A stretch of DNA of 64,000 nt from NCBI GenBank assembly GCA_033442325.1, contig JAWQFM010000022.1, forward strand, positions 650,746 through 714,745, given 5' to 3'. Below are positions 31,001 through 45,207 of the stretch, piece by piece. The notes under the pieces were generated by a model, which was given only the letters and a program-made list of their open reading frames with translations, did no database searches and was not told where the DNA came from. The stretch comes from Salpingoeca rosetta (Eukaryota > Protista > Choanoflagellata). Within the stretch, counting starts at the first letter, position 1, and the number at the start of each line of letters is the position of its first letter. A program made the translations under genes and the position numbers.

Positions 31001-31282
31001 TGCAGAATGCGGAGGGGGCGCTGTTGCCGGCGCATACCCCACGGGTACGGGCAAGCTCAGGGCTGCAACCGTGGATGCAGGCGTTGGGTGGCCCATCATG
31101 GCGCTGTTGGGCACTGGAACAGCGTCAACAGGTGCCGGGTGGCCCGGCACCATCCCTGCAGGCGCTGGTGTGGTGGTGTTGTTGCCTGGTGGCGGCGCGG
31201 TTGCTGCTGCCGTTGCCGTTGCCGTTACTCTGGAGGTGGCTGGAGCACCGCCCGTGGGCTGATGCGTCGTCATTGGGTTCAT
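28007..31282 (-). mobile_element. piggyBac transposase-derived gene (DDE_Tnp_1_7-like core plus C-terminal Cys-rich domain); intronless, probably domesticated
   Basis: LFELMLP, ELLQFVGLWL, MTEARFRQI, FNANM...PSSISDVD, PHRFGNTYHAL, LLRLT, VDRN and EVNTFLA. CRD CTGIGC...TYCSC...LCARCFVVH. No TTAA-flanked TIRs seen. Confidence 0.75.
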
Positions 31283-31594
31283 GGCGCAGGTGAGGACACC
31301 AATGGACGTGAGAGGAAGGAGAGGAAGGAGAGGAAGGGGAGGAAGGGGAGGAAGGAGAGGAGAGGTGAGAGGGGAGGCGAGACCAGCAGAAGGGCAGTTG
31401 TGTGGCGGTGTGGAGGGCGACAACAACGGCAAAAGCAGAAGAAGACGCGCCAACGGCCACGCCTGAAATCAGTATTCAGAGCTTAATTCAGTATCAGACA
31501 CAGTCGACAAACACTTGAAAATACGACCAATCATCCGCACCCAGCAACAGACAACAAAAAGAGCAAACATCAACAAGGCCGCAACCGACCGGCC

Positions 31595-33270
31595 ATGGGA
31601 GATGCGGGCGATGACCGCAGCAGACACAAGGACGACGTGGTGGGAGAGGGAGACGTGGAAGGAGACGCAGAGGAAGAAGAGGAGGAGATGACACGAGTGG
31701 AGTTGTTTGGAAAGGCGTTTTATGGAGATGCAGATGAGAAGCGTGCCAACTTTGCGTTGGACGGGGAGGTGATTCGCAAATGTGCCTGTGGCGACCAGCA
31801 CACCGTCATCATCGCAGGTGTGAGCATTATTGTTGCATCGTTGTGGCACGGACGCTGTGGGCGTTGCGTTTTGGCGTTCTTGTTGTCACGCACCGACAGA
31901 CGTGCAGTAGTGCGGCCACCCACCTAATTTTTGCCAAGTGCGCTTGCGATTCCCGCTTCTCGCTCACTCAGCGACGTGCGTGGTGTAGATTCTGGTCACG
32001 TGTTTGCATTTGGCGCAAACGAATGGGGGCAGCTCGGCATCGGACACCAGAACAAAACCCACGACCCAACGCTCCTTCCAAGTACGTGCACATGGCAGAC
32101 AGTGCGTGTGTGTGTGCGCGCGCGCGTGCGTGTGTACTCGACAGAAACAACGCAATGCTGTGACTGCCTAGCTCAGCGTTCACCTTCCCGAACAATGTCA
32201 GGTTTACGCGAGCATGTCGTGACGTCTGCGGCCTGTGGCCGCAACCACAGCCTCTTCCTGACCTCGACAGGCAGCGTACTTGCGGCTGGTAGCAACGAAG
32301 ACCTGCAGCTCTCCGTCGATCCCAACGCCTCTGTACGAGAGTGTTTTATGTGTGAACTTTGTGTGAACATGTGTTTGCGTTTGATGTTTTTCTTACTTGC
32401 CTGTGTTTGACTGCACAGCAACAATTGTCCTGCTTGCACCCCCTCATCTTGTCATCCCAACACGCACACACACACCCACCCACCCACACCCACCCACCCA
32501 CCCACACAACATTGTTCAGGACACCTTGCGTCCCGTGCCTGTGCTTGGCTTGCCAAAGTCGCGCGTCACCGCCGTCGCCGCGGGCGCAGAACATTCCTGC
32601 GTCATCACCGGTACTGTGGCTTGTGAGCACGCGCGTGTGTACATGTGCATGCTGGACGTGTGATGAATGTATGTGAGTGTTTGCATATGTGCATGTTGCA
32701 GTGTGCGTTGCGTTGGTGTACCCTCCCCTCGGATTATTTTTTTGTTTTTGGTGTGTATGACTCTTCTGGGGTGTGCATGCACATTCACACGCGAATGCAT
32801 GCAACTTAAGGCTCAACACGCAGCTTTGCACGCATTTGTACATGTGTGGCNNNNNNNNNNNNNNNNNNNNNNNNNNNNNNNNNNNNNNNNNNNNNNNNNN
32901 NNNNNNNNNNNNNNNNNNNNNNNNNNNNNNNNNNNNNNNNNNNNNNNNNNCTACACACACACTCACACAAAACACCACACACACACACACACACACGCAA
33001 AGACACAACGGAGGTGTTTTTATGCATGCACACAGTCGCACACAGGCACACACTCTCATGTGCACTCTTCTCTGTGCGGGGGAAGCAGCCGAAACAAGTC
33101 AAGATCAAGAGCAAAGGGAAAAAGGCAGTGGATATCGACTGTGGTTACTCCCACACCATCGTCGTCATGGGTACGCTCATGTGTGCGTGTGTTAATTGTG
33201 CGTGTGCGTGTGTTAATTGTGGCTGATTGTGGGTGTCACTGCTGCGCGAGCAACGCGTTGATGGCCTCAT

Positions 33271-33369
<99 letters not shown>

Positions 33370-33659
33370 CAACCCCCCCCCCCTTGTTACGCCACTGCAC
33401 GGTGCAGACAATGGGCAGGCGTTTGGCTTTGGCGAGACGGAAGGCGGCAAGCTCGGTGTTGAGACTGATGACGATGAGGTGCACGCACCAAAGGAAATTC
33501 GCGGCTTTGAAGGAAAGGCGATGAAAGTTGCCTGTGGCGCAAACCACACGCTCCTGCTCACAGGTTGGTGGTCACACTTCCTCATCACCAGGCGCTCTGG
33601 GCATGTCACGTGATGCGCCACTGGTTGACGACAATACTGAATCAGGCTTGCCCCAATAT

Positions 33660-33697
<38 letters not shown>

Positions 33698-35311
33698 ACA
33701 CATTGACAACAAAGGAACCTCTCTTATTCGTTTCTCCCTCCTTTCATGTTGCCATCACGTTCATGTTTTCTCACTCGCCATCGCTACCACCCCCCCCCCA
33801 CTTGAACATTAGACGAAGGGCTGTATGCGTTTGGCGACAACAGCTCTGGCCAGCTCGGATTACCGCAGTCAACGCTGTTTGCATCAACACCAATGCCCGT
33901 CCCGTTGCCTGCAGGCACAGATGCGACCGCAATTCTCTGCATCGCCGCAGGGGAAGCGCACTCCGTGCTGGTGACGAGCGGCGGTGCGCTATACGCAACA
34001 GGAACACACCGCCACCAAGTGCTCGGACTGTCAGATGTCAAGCAGGATGTGCACGGGTTTACGCGCGTTCATCTTGACGACGGCTTCAAAGCGAAACACG
34101 TCGCATGTGGCAGCAACCACACTGCCCTTGCCGCTGCGTGGACCGATGACGACGATGACGAGGAGGGGGAAGATGGCGATGATGGTGATGGTGGCGGCGC
34201 CGGTTCGCAGACAAGCGATACGGCTGGCGATCATGATGCAGGAGAAGCTGTCGGTGCTGATGGCGGCGATGGTGGCCGTGACGGTGCCATGGTGCATGAG
34301 ACAGATGCTAAGCAAGCAGAGGCGAGTGACGCCGGCACCAGCACGCCGCCTGACGTGATGTCCCCATCAAACCAGGACCAGGGCCAGACACAGAAGCAGG
34401 AGCAGGAGCAACAGCCATCATCGCCACCGTGGATGGTCACGCCACCAACGCCAACGACACAGCTCGCGCCCATTGACGCACCATCACCCTCACCACTCAC
34501 GCCAGTGCGGACGCCTGGTAAAGCCACCAGTCGCCTGCCGCCTCTCACACCGCGGCACACGGCAGCAGAGTTCAACAACGCTGTCCACTCGGCCGCTTTC
34601 AGCAATGCGCGCGCGCAGCGACGAAAGCTGCGGTCCCTCCAGCCCGTCACGGGGTTTGCACTTCTACCGCCCGTGCCCGAGTTGAATAACTTGACGCCCC
34701 TTGATCGCCCTGTGCTGGGCACCACGCGCGCTGATGGCACTGGAGATGGAGGAGATGGAGGAGATGGAGGTGATGGTGGTGATGAACATGGTAGTGAGCA
34801 CCGTGATGGCTGCAGCACCACGGAGCAGCCTGCCGCTTCAAGCAACAACAGCAAAACGAACGCCAACACTGGCGATGACAACGATGAAGAAGAAGAAGAT
34901 GATGATGATGATGAGCTCAGCGTGGACGATGATGACGACGACGACGACGATGCTACTGATGATGGCGGTGGTGGTGTCAGCAGGAAGGGCGGCGAGGAGA
35001 CGGCTCAGCAGCCAGCCGCCACCGCATCCGATGGAGGCACAACGACCAGTGGTGCCCAAGACAGCAGCCCCGCCATTGCCAACGACAGGAGCGATACGGG
35101 CGTGGCAAGTCGGGCGAAGCCAGGCAAGAGCGTGCGCATTGCAGAGGAACCAGAGGAGATTGTGAACGTGCGGCCGGAGGTGGTGGCGCGACAGAAGAAC
35201 GCGTTTCTATGCAGCCCACGCCGCCCAAAACACAAAGGAAAAGGCAGCAGTGGCGCTGGCAGTGGTGGGGTGAGTGACAGCAAGAAATCAAGCATGTGCA
35301 CAATCTCATGA
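31595..35311 (+). CDS. RPGR: RPGR-like RCC1-repeat protein with acidic low-complexity tail and CAAX box
   Basis: CACGDQHTVII, FAFGANEWGQLGIG, AACGRNHSL and VACGANHTL RCC1 repeats in RPGR-like order. Ends SSMCTIS* (human RPGR ends CTIL). Confidence 0.75.
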
Positions 35312-35797
35312 CATCTGCAACCCTGATGATGTGCCGTATGACTGTATGCACGACATCCCTCTTCTATTTCCCCGTCCCTTCTTGTGCGCCTTGCTTCCAA
35401 GTGGTCAGCCGGTTTGCGTTGCCATGGCTTGTGTTACACTCTTTCGACCACGACAGTGCGGCACAAGAGGTATGTACAATACAATAAGCGCATCGTCAAC
35501 AAGAAGCAACAACTGTTACGAGTCACATCCAACATGGAGTTGTAAATATGAAAGCTGCGGGTCGCGCCCACCAGCGAGATTGCAACGCCCACACGCTCCT
35601 GCACCTAACCCAAACACTTCATCTTGAACACATCAAAAGCAGACAAGCCGACAACCAAACAGGTAGGGAGCTACACACTCACAACACGAGCACATAAACG
35701 GGCAAGCACGCAGACACAGGTGTGCACGCAAACACACGGGCAAGCACACACACACACACACGCACACACACACACACACAACTACATGCAGTAGCGG

Positions 35798-37175
35798 CTA
35801 CGCGTAGTCCCAGCTCAGCTCTGCAGCCTTGAGCGTTCGCTGCGCCTGGCGCGCGCGTCGCAGAAGATCCAAGTTTGCGTCCAGCGGAATCGTTTGCTGT
35901 CGTCCACGCCCACGACACCCGCGACCACACGTTGCGAACGCCGCAGCCGCTGGTGATGATGACAAGGAGGAGGGTTTTCCATTCTGCTTGCTGCGGCGCT
36001 TGGCTTTGGCACCAGCTTGCTTCCTGCCATGTTTGGTGGTGGCAGCAGCAGACGCCTTGCGCCCCTTTGTACTCGCTGCTGTTCTGGTTGCCTTTGCTTT
36101 GCCCTTCTTCGAGCGACAAGCAGACGCCTGCCACTGGCGCAGTGTCTCAGCCTGAGGCGGAAAGAAGGAAACATGCGTGTGTAAAAGAGTTAACACATTG
36201 TCGCATGCGTGTACATGTGGAGTGTGTTTGTTGTTTGTGTGAACAGTGCGTAAGAAGCGAGCACGTGTCACAGTGGCCACGACTGGGGCAGGAAAGCGCA
36301 AGAGAAACACCAAAGTCTGCTCAACTTTCGCACCGCTACTGACACCATACATCTTCACCCATTATCGCACCTGATAGACCTTGGAGTCCAGAAGCTCCAG
36401 TACCGCCGCCGTTTTCTCGTGCAAACGCGACACGCGCTGCGCATTTCCTTCCTGCTCCGCCTGAGGGTTGACGGTGTCAGTGGTGGTGTCAGTGGTGGTG
36501 ATAAGGATGACACTGGTGGTGATTTGCACCGAGTGGACGCTGTGAATGAGATACAAGGCAGCACAGGCGTACTGGCAAACAGAACACGCAATTAACACCA
36601 ATTCATGCGAAAAGCAACAAAGAAGCATGCACANNNNNNNNNNNNNNNNNNNNNNNNNNNNNNNNNNNNNNNNNNNNNNNNNNNNNNNNNNNNNNNNNNN
36701 NNNNNNNNNNNNNNNNNNNNNNNNNNNNNNNNNNNNNNNNNNNNNNNNNNNNNNNNNNNNNNNNNNNNNNNNGCGTGCATGAATGTGCATTTTGTGTGAG
36801 TGTGCGTGTGCATGATGTGCATTTGTGTGTGTGTGTGTATGTGAGGGTACACAGGCATGTGCTTTGGTGACGAGCTTTGATGCCGGTGAAGGTGCAGCAC
36901 AACATGATCGTTGACGCAGCAACACAGTACCTTCTTTCGCAGCTTGCGCTTGCTCTTCTTCTTGGGCTGAAATGGGAGGCAGATGCGCACCAATTAGGCA
37001 CACGTGAATGCATGGGAGACAGGGGAACGGCAACATTCCCTCAAGATGCGCAACACCGACACAGCGGAAGAGGCGGCCAGGAAACACAATAACACAACAA
37101 CAATAACAACACATTCGAATGCCTCAATTCAAACTGCACAATTGCATGAACGCACAATCACAAACAGACAGGCAG

Positions 37176-37208
<33 letters not shown>

Positions 37209-37418
37209 AACTGCACCTGCTTGGCAACTGCCTGCTTCCTGTGTGCAGTGGTGATGTGCGGACGAGACCGAAGATCTCGAAGCACTCCGGCCATCTCAGA
37301 CTGCAAGTCACCATCACTCTGAAGTGCAGAGGGACAACAGCGGCCGTGTAGTTGGTGGTGAGTTCGTGAAGAAGACAAAATCACGCAATCCAAAAGGCTC
37401 CAAAGGTGCGCGTGGAAG

Positions 37419-37458
<40 letters not shown>

Positions 37459-40337
37459 TCCCACGCTTTCCTCATTTTGGTTGGCTTGGTACCTCAGTCG
37501 TTGGCGCGCCGACCATCAGCGCTCGTGCATCCCTTTCCATCGCACGAAGACGACGCTGAAATACAGGCAGATGACGCGGCAATACACAGAGATGCCATGG
37601 GCAGCAGGGAGGTGAGATGATGCAGACCATCATGCCATGTAAGGCATGTTACGTACACAAGCATACAGCGCTCTACACTCGTGAACACACACACACACAC
37701 GCACACACACACACACACACACGCACACAAAGCAAGTGCTGATAAGCAACGCACCAGAACATCGGCGCCGTGGTGCGAATCGTTGGCAGAATCAACAGTG
37801 TCTCCACCGTCATGCAGATGCTTCGTCACCGCAGTCTTGCCCTTGCCCTTGACCTTGCGCTGCTTCTGGCTGGCCTTCTTCTTGCCGACTGCTCGCCTGT
37901 GTACCGCGACCGCATCATCACTGCCACCGTGGTCGTCGTCGTCGTTATCATCATCGTTATCATCATCATCATCATCATCACCATCGTTGGTATCACTGTG
38001 GACGCCACGGCGTGCAGGTGCGCCTGTGTGCTTTGCCTTTCGCTGTGCACTGCCTCCCTTCGTCTTCCTGCCTGCAACACCAGGGCTGTCTTTGCGATTG
38101 GGCACTCGCTTCTGCGCCTTTCCTCGCATGCCATCCTTCTCGCTCACCATGGGCACACCAACGCGCCCACTCCGCTTGGATCGAGGATGCATATCACGGC
38201 GCAGTTGGTACTGGTGGTTGCCGTTGCTGAGTTCTTCCTCGCTCGCATCGCTGTCAAGGGAAGATGCACTCGTGTCCTCGTCCATGGGAAACTCGTGCAC
38301 GACACCATCGTACCCGCGATCGGTGTCACGTGTCCTGTGGCCACCGGCAGTGCCGTCGTCATCATGAACACCACCGTCATCATCATCGTCGCCATTGCTC
38401 TCACTGTGGAGATCACTTGCACGCGAATGTACGACAGACTTGTCAAAGGGCAGGGCCTTTGCCTTGCCCTGCTCATGTGACCTCTGCTGCTGCTGCTGCT
38501 GCTGTTGTTGTTGGTTTTGTTGCTGCGAGTTGCGCTTGCGTGTGCTTGCTGCAGGTGGTGTTGACGGCGGTGGGCGCATGAGCGATGTGCGAGGAGTTAG
38601 GACAGATGATCCCCACGCGTGTGTGCGGTCACTGCTCTCCATCTCCAACAGCGACTCAGAGGTGCGCGCACCACGGCTGCTTTCGGTACCGTCGTCACCG
38701 CCATCATTGACACTTGTATGATCGCGTTTCATTGCCGGTGGGCGACAGCTATCACCAACACCAAGACCACCATCGCGCTCCTGCTGCTGCTGCTGTTGTT
38801 GCTGTTGTTGGCGTTTCCGATTGTGTTGCCCAAGTAGCGATGCACCCGTCTGTGTCGCCACTCCACGCACATTGTCGCCGCCACCAGACACGCGTAGCGC
38901 ATCCAAATGCAACAGGTCGTCATCATCACCACCACAAGCGCGCGTGGTGTCTCCGTCGCCGCCCACGAGCCAGCGCGGGTCAGATGCTCGGCTCTCGTCT
39001 TGCTGGCTGCACCACGGTGGCAGCTCCACGTCAACAACAGGCGTGAGCACGCTTGACGGGCGCGAGTGGTTGGATCCTGAGGAGTGGGAGGATGGCCGTT
39101 TCAGTCGCGATGCTCGGGTACGCGCAGCATGCACGCGCCTTGGTGTGGACATGCCGTGGTGATGATGCTCACCATCATCACCAGCACCAGCACCAGCACC
39201 ACCGCCGCTGACACGACTTCTGCTGCTGGCAGGGCTGAGGTGGCTGTCGCTGCTATCGCCACCGCGCTCCCCTGAACGCACCTGAGGGTGCTGCATCCTG
39301 CGAACGGCACCAGGAAATGGAGCATCATAACCAATCCCACCACCGGCATCCCCTTCACGTTCATCACCGTCACCACCAACACTGCTGCTGTTGCTGCCAC
39401 GCTTCTGCTTCGCTGTGTAAACGCGGCGGTGTCTGCTGGCGGCTGATGAGGGGCTTGACGTAATGGGACTGTGCACCGACACGACAGCATCGGCGCCATC
39501 ATCACGCCCCCTCCCAGCTGCGGTTGCAGTTGCAGTTGCAGTTGCTGCTGCTGGTGTCTTGGGCTGTTGCCGGTCACGGGGTGGAGAGCTGAGCGGCGGG
39601 GTAAGTGCACCGACATCACCATGCACGTCATCACCGCCTTCGCTGCCACCACTATCCTCAAAGAGAGCAGACGCCATGGAGTCGTCCATTGCTCGCATGC
39701 GCTGCTTCTCTTCGTTGCTCAGCCGCTCGCTGCTACTGCTACTGCCACCGCTGCTGCTGGCGGTGACGTTGGCAGGCGTTTCCACATCGTGCTGCGAGTG
39801 GCCACCATCATTGCCATCGTCATCACTATCGCCACCTTGGAGCGGTTGCCGCTGCTGGGACGCCCGTGACACACCCTTCTCATGCCGTTGCTGCGCATGC
39901 ATATCCCTTTCTTCCTGATCGTCCACACTTTCTGCGTGTGCCACATCTTCTTGTTCTTGTTCTTCCTCTTTTTGTTGTTGTCGCTGAAACTCTTCTTGGT
40001 CTTGCTCTCGCTGTTCGTCCGCACCAACACCGCGCGCACCAGTGTGCACACCGTTGGCGTCTGCGTCATCGTCGTCGTTGTCGTTGGTGCCGTTGCCGTT
40101 GCCTTCGCCGCTCTGCTCTCCTAGGACCGTGCGTGGGGATGACAGGATGGGGGAGTGCCGGGAGCCAACAGTTGGCCGCTGCGACCACTCGCTGAGGTGC
40201 GATGTCGGTGATGAGAAGAACACGTCCCGACTTGCATTCTGGCCGTTGCTCCCACGGACACGAGTCACCCCCTGAGGTGTTGTGGAATCCTTGTCCCCAC
40301 CCATACGAACACGGCCGTACACCCGTGATGGCTGTTG

Positions 40338-40374
<37 letters not shown>

Positions 40375-43300
40375 TCCTCCTCCTCTTTTTCTTGTCGTTG
40401 CTGGCGGCGGTGCTGCTGTTGGTGCTGCTGCTGTTCTCGTTGCTCCAGCACACCACCATCACCACCATTCTCGTCGCCCATATCGGCGGCATCACCGCCA
40501 TCGCCAGCCCCGCTGTCGGCGCCATGCGCTGCTGTCCCGTACAGCTCGTGCTGGTGTCGCCACAGCGCGTGCGCTGTCAGGACCGAGGAGGAGTGCTCCT
40601 CCGACCGTGACGCAACATCAGACTCGCCCCTGTGCGAAATGGATGACAAATCACCAACGTGTTGCCGCCGCTGCTGCCGCTGCTGCTGCTGTTGAAGTTG
40701 TTGTTGTTGGTGGTGGTGTTGTTGTCGTCGTTGTCGTCGTCGTTGTTGTTGTTGTTGTTGTTGTTGTTGCTGCTGCTGCTGCTGCTGTGAGCGGATGGGA
40801 GATACGGGCACGCGAGGAAACGGGTGCGCATCACGTTTGTCAGCGTCGTCACCACTGCCATCATCGCTGCCACCACGGCCGCCAGTGACAACGTCATCAT
40901 CACCGTCATCATAGTCGTCATACTCGCCCCCGGCATGAGCAATGCCGCGGCTGTCTGTGCGTTGCTGCAGCGTCTCTCGCATGAGCGTGGCGCGGCCGTA
41001 GCGGCGTGGCGTCGACGCAATCGAACTCACCCGCATCGGCGTCACAGTCGCGGGGGCTGCCGGGGCCGCTGGCTGGGGCGGCGTGATGCTGTCCACGGTG
41101 GTGAAGCCGTGCATGCCGGTCGTGCTCGAGGTGTCGTGGTCGTGATCAATGCTGTCTTGCACCCTCTGCCCACCACCGCTCGTCAGCTCCGCCTGCATGC
41201 TCCCACTGCTCTCCCCCGAGTCCGTAGCAGGCCGCCGTTGACGCGCCGCTACCGTCGCCGCCGCCGCTGTTGCTTCTGCTTCTGTTGCTGCTCTCGGTCG
41301 TGGTGTGGCGGTGGTTGATGGCGGCTGTGTCGGTGTAGCCGCGGCTGGTGCTGCTGTGCCTGCACGTGTCGCTGCTCCTTGCGGGTGTGCGCGTGTCTGC
41401 AGTCGCGCCATCACCGCGTCCAAGTCGGCGTTGGCCTGAGCGCGGGCACCACGGGTGCCGCTGCCGTTGCCGGCACCGGGCAGCATGGATGTCTGCGTGA
41501 GGTTGAGGGGCGTCAGCGTGTGCGCCGTGTGCCCCGTCTTGTCACCTTCGTTGCTGTTGCTGATGGACAGGTCTGCAAAGCGCATGCCCGTGCCTGTGCT
41601 ATTCCACCGCCCAGAGCCCCCAGTGCTTGTCCTTGCTGCCCTCCTGCGCACAGCATCGCCCCGACCATCATCGCGTCCGCCACCACGACCAGTGATGTCA
41701 CCGTCACCTCCTTCATCGCGCTCCCCAAGCATGTCGCCTCCAGCATGCTCCCGCTGGCCGGTGCGAGCTTCGCTACCACGATCATCACGTGTGCGTGTGC
41801 GTGTGCGTGTGTGGCGCCCGGGCGGCGGCATGGGCGGTGCCGATGGCGTGGTTGGGTCGTGCAAGAGCGTGTCAGGCACATCAGACGAAAGCATCCAACG
41901 CTGCACGAGCGTACGCGGGGAATCTTGTCGTGTCGCGCCCCCTTTTGTCTGTTGCTGCTGGTGCTGGCTGAGTGGCGAGTGTGAGCTGATGGAGGTGCGC
42001 TGACCGTGGCTCGCTTCGCCAACAACACTGGGGTAGTTTGCGCCACTGCTGCTGCTGTCACTCTCGCGTGACATGTTGTGGAAGGCAGCGGCATTCACTA
42101 CACCGCCATCATCCTTGCCAGCCCGCCCGTAACCGCCCTCGCCCTCGCTGCTCTCATCATCCATGGAGTGTAAGGGCATGAGTCGGGGTGGGGAGCGCGT
42201 GGCATTGCGGCCAACCGCCCGCCGTCCGCTGCGCACGTGCGATTTCGCAGCCGTGGCCGTCTCGTTGAGGCGACTTGCTTGCAGGGCGTGGTACGGTGTG
42301 CGCAGTGACTGCTGCGACAGCGCGCTCTGGTTGTGTGTCAGCATGGTCTCATGCATGTCCACACGCTGTTGCTGGTGGTGTTGCTGGTGTGTGTCCTTGC
42401 GTGCGCGCGCTGGTGTGGTGAGTGTGCTCGAGGCACGTGTTGTCTCGTTGGCGTGCGTCTCCAATACAGACGGCGCCATCCGTGCGTCGTGCTCGCTGTA
42501 CCGCTGGGCACCGCCAGCCCTGGTCTCTCGCCGCACTTGGCGTCGCTGCTGCCCGTTTGAAGTTCGCGGCACACGCCCCTCGTCTACCTCCAGCAGCAGC
42601 ACGGCATCAGCGCCGGCAGTCACACGTGTGCGCTCACCAGCATCGTATGTGCGCGCACCCCTAGCACCGCTGCCACCATCACCATCACCATCCTTCTCAT
42701 CAACGAAGCGACCACGAGCACGAACGCGGGCGCCAACAGCCGGGCCATCGGGCCACGGCTCATCCGTCTGCAGGTGGCGGTACACAGGGAGCATGCGCGC
42801 AACACCGTGGCTGCTGTTGTTGCCAAAGGTGCCCGTTGTCGCCATGGTTGTGTTGGGTGTTCTCTGCTGGTGATGGTGCTGCTGTTGTGACCGGTTGAAC
42901 TGCTCCGGGAGTGCGTAGTGCGACACGTACATCATGCCAGAGGTGGTTGTCTCCGCTGTCGTGCGTCCAGATGCGCTCCCGTACTCCCGCGATGGGCCCT
43001 GCTCCTCCTGCTGCTTGTGGTGCTGTCCATAGTGCCTGTGCGTGTGTTCTGCAAACGCGTGCGCCGCGGGCGACTGGATGCGACGGAAGCTGACTGTATC
43101 TGCATCGATCGAGTAGATGGCCGAGGGGTCGCGGGCACGCTCACCACTCGCACTCCACTGCTGGTGGTGTTGGTGGTGCTGGTGCGGCTGCGTGTCGTGG
43201 TGCTGGTATGTGCGGTGGCGGCGGTGTGCATCTGGGGCGGGCACGGTGCTTGGAGAGGCAGGGGAGTCGTGTAGCGAGGGCGGATGACCATCGCGTGTTG

Positions 43301-45207
43301 AGGGCGTGTGTGGTGACCCGCGCGTTGCTGCTGTGGACAGGACGCCAGCAATGTCGCTGCTGTGCGTGTACGTCGACACCCCTCGCCATGGGCGCTGCTG
43401 CTGCTGCTGCTGCTGTTGCTGACGGTGGTGACCAGTGCGTGCGGTGGTTGCCGTTGTTGCTGTTGTGCCTCTCGACACGTGGCTGCTTGCCGTCGTGAGA
43501 GGCGGGCTGCCCTTGGTTGCTGCTGCCGATGCACCCAGCGCTGATGACGACGATGGCGGTGGCGGCGCCTCCTCCCCGCTGCTCATGGCCTGCTGCTGCA
43601 GGTGCGATGGTGGGCCCGTGTGTCTGGACGGGTCGCTGCTGCTGCCACCACCATTGCCATTATTGTCGTCGCCATCGCTGCTGTGTGCAGGCGCAGTTGA
43701 TCCGCCAGCCGTCGCTGCTGTCGTTGTTCCCACGCTCCCGCGATGGTACTGCTGCTGCTGATACTGCTGTTGTTGTGGTTGGTGGCGCTCGTCTGGATGC
43801 TGCTGCCTGCGTTGAGGGTGTGGCTGTTGCTCACCCTGGCCAGCACGCGGCTGGTGTTGGCGTGCTTCGTGCGATGTTGCTGGCCCCAGCGCTGTAGTCG
43901 CTGTGGTTGTGGCAGTTGCGCCCAGGTCAGTGGCGTTTCGCCAAGGGTAGTAGTGGCTTGAGGTGTCCGTGGCCTCTGCTTGTGCGTCGTACTTGCGTGC
44001 GCGCGCCTCTCCTCGGTCTTGCATGCGCGATATTGCCTGGCGCAGATCCTGCACATGTGTGTGTGTGTGTGCGTGCGTGAGGAGGGGGGGGGGGACGGGA
44101 ACCAAGCAGTTTTGCATGTGACCAGCACAACCGAAAGCGATATATCTCTCCTTCCCCCCCCACACACATGCACACACACACACACACACAGACACACACA
44201 CGCACCTGGAGTTCCTTCTCGAGGCGCTGGGAGCGCGTCTCCGTGGCGTGGAGCGATGACTGCAGGTCAGAGAACAGCTCCTGTTCAGACTGCTGCGACC
44301 GGTTCATGCTTCGCTTCATGCGATCCTTGAATGCGCGGCTCTCCTTCTCCAATCGCCGATAGCTTGTCTCTGCTGCTTGCTTCTCCAGCTCCAGGCGTCG
44401 CACCTTGTCTTTTAACGTCTCCAACGCCGCAAGCACCGCTATTCGAACGTGCCGGTGTGGGGAGAGGGGGAGGGGTGGTGAGATGAAACATTGGGTGTTG
44501 CAACATGTGTGTTACTGTGTAGTGTGTTGAGCTATCCTCCACACAGTTCTCCATATGAAAACGTGCACGTGTGTATATGTGTGTGTGTGTATGTCAGACC
44601 TGTGGAGTTGCTCTCTGTGATCTGGGTTCCACCGTGCTCTCCCTGTAGTTGCTGCTGCTGTTGCTCTTGTTGTTGGTGGCGTTGCCCGTGTGGTAGCGCA
44701 TGTGGCGGTAGCCTTGCAGGAGACGGCTCCTGGACCAAGCAAAGGCACAGGATAGGGGATGGGGGATGGCAATGAGAATTTACAACCGTGTCGTGTGACG
44801 ACATGTAAATTAACATTGCAAAATGATAGTACATTGCACTGTTCGAGTTGAGAGGCTGGTTGGTGCGTGTCAAAGCCAACACCCATGTCCACACTCACAG
44901 ACACACTCACTCACAGATACGCAGATACACGGACACACAGACACACAGACACACACACACAGACACACAGACACACACATACACACAGACACACCCCATG
45001 CACATAATTTGTACCAGGTCGATTTCACGCATGATGTCACGCGTGTGACGCCGCACATCTTGTTCTGCGGAATCCCGACTGAGCAGCGAGTCGTACAGCG
45101 CCTGTGAGACAAATGAGTCATTGGCAAGTGTGCAAATGGAGACGTGAGTTAATTCGTGGGGGGGGGGGGTGTTGCAGGTGTGCACGTCGCCGGCTGTCGC
45201 TTACCAT
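35798..45207 (-). CDS. CEP57: CEP57/translokin-like centrosomal protein with a giant low-complexity central exon
   Basis: N-terminal AVLAALETLKDKVRRLELEK...LHATETRSQRLEKEL resembles Cep57_CLD. C-terminal NLDLLRRARQAQRTLKAAELSWDYA matches the CEP57 end (..LCWDY). The first coding exon appears to be ATG only (ATG|gtaagc). Confidence 0.7.

Noticed and set aside
27983-31293. Long + strand ORFs with poly-Leu or hydrophobic runs
   Set aside because: Antisense shadows of the polyQ-rich piggyBac-derived gene.
27900-31600. Active piggyBac transposon
   Set aside because: No TTAA-flanked inverted repeats found by eye, and the catalytic motifs are altered.
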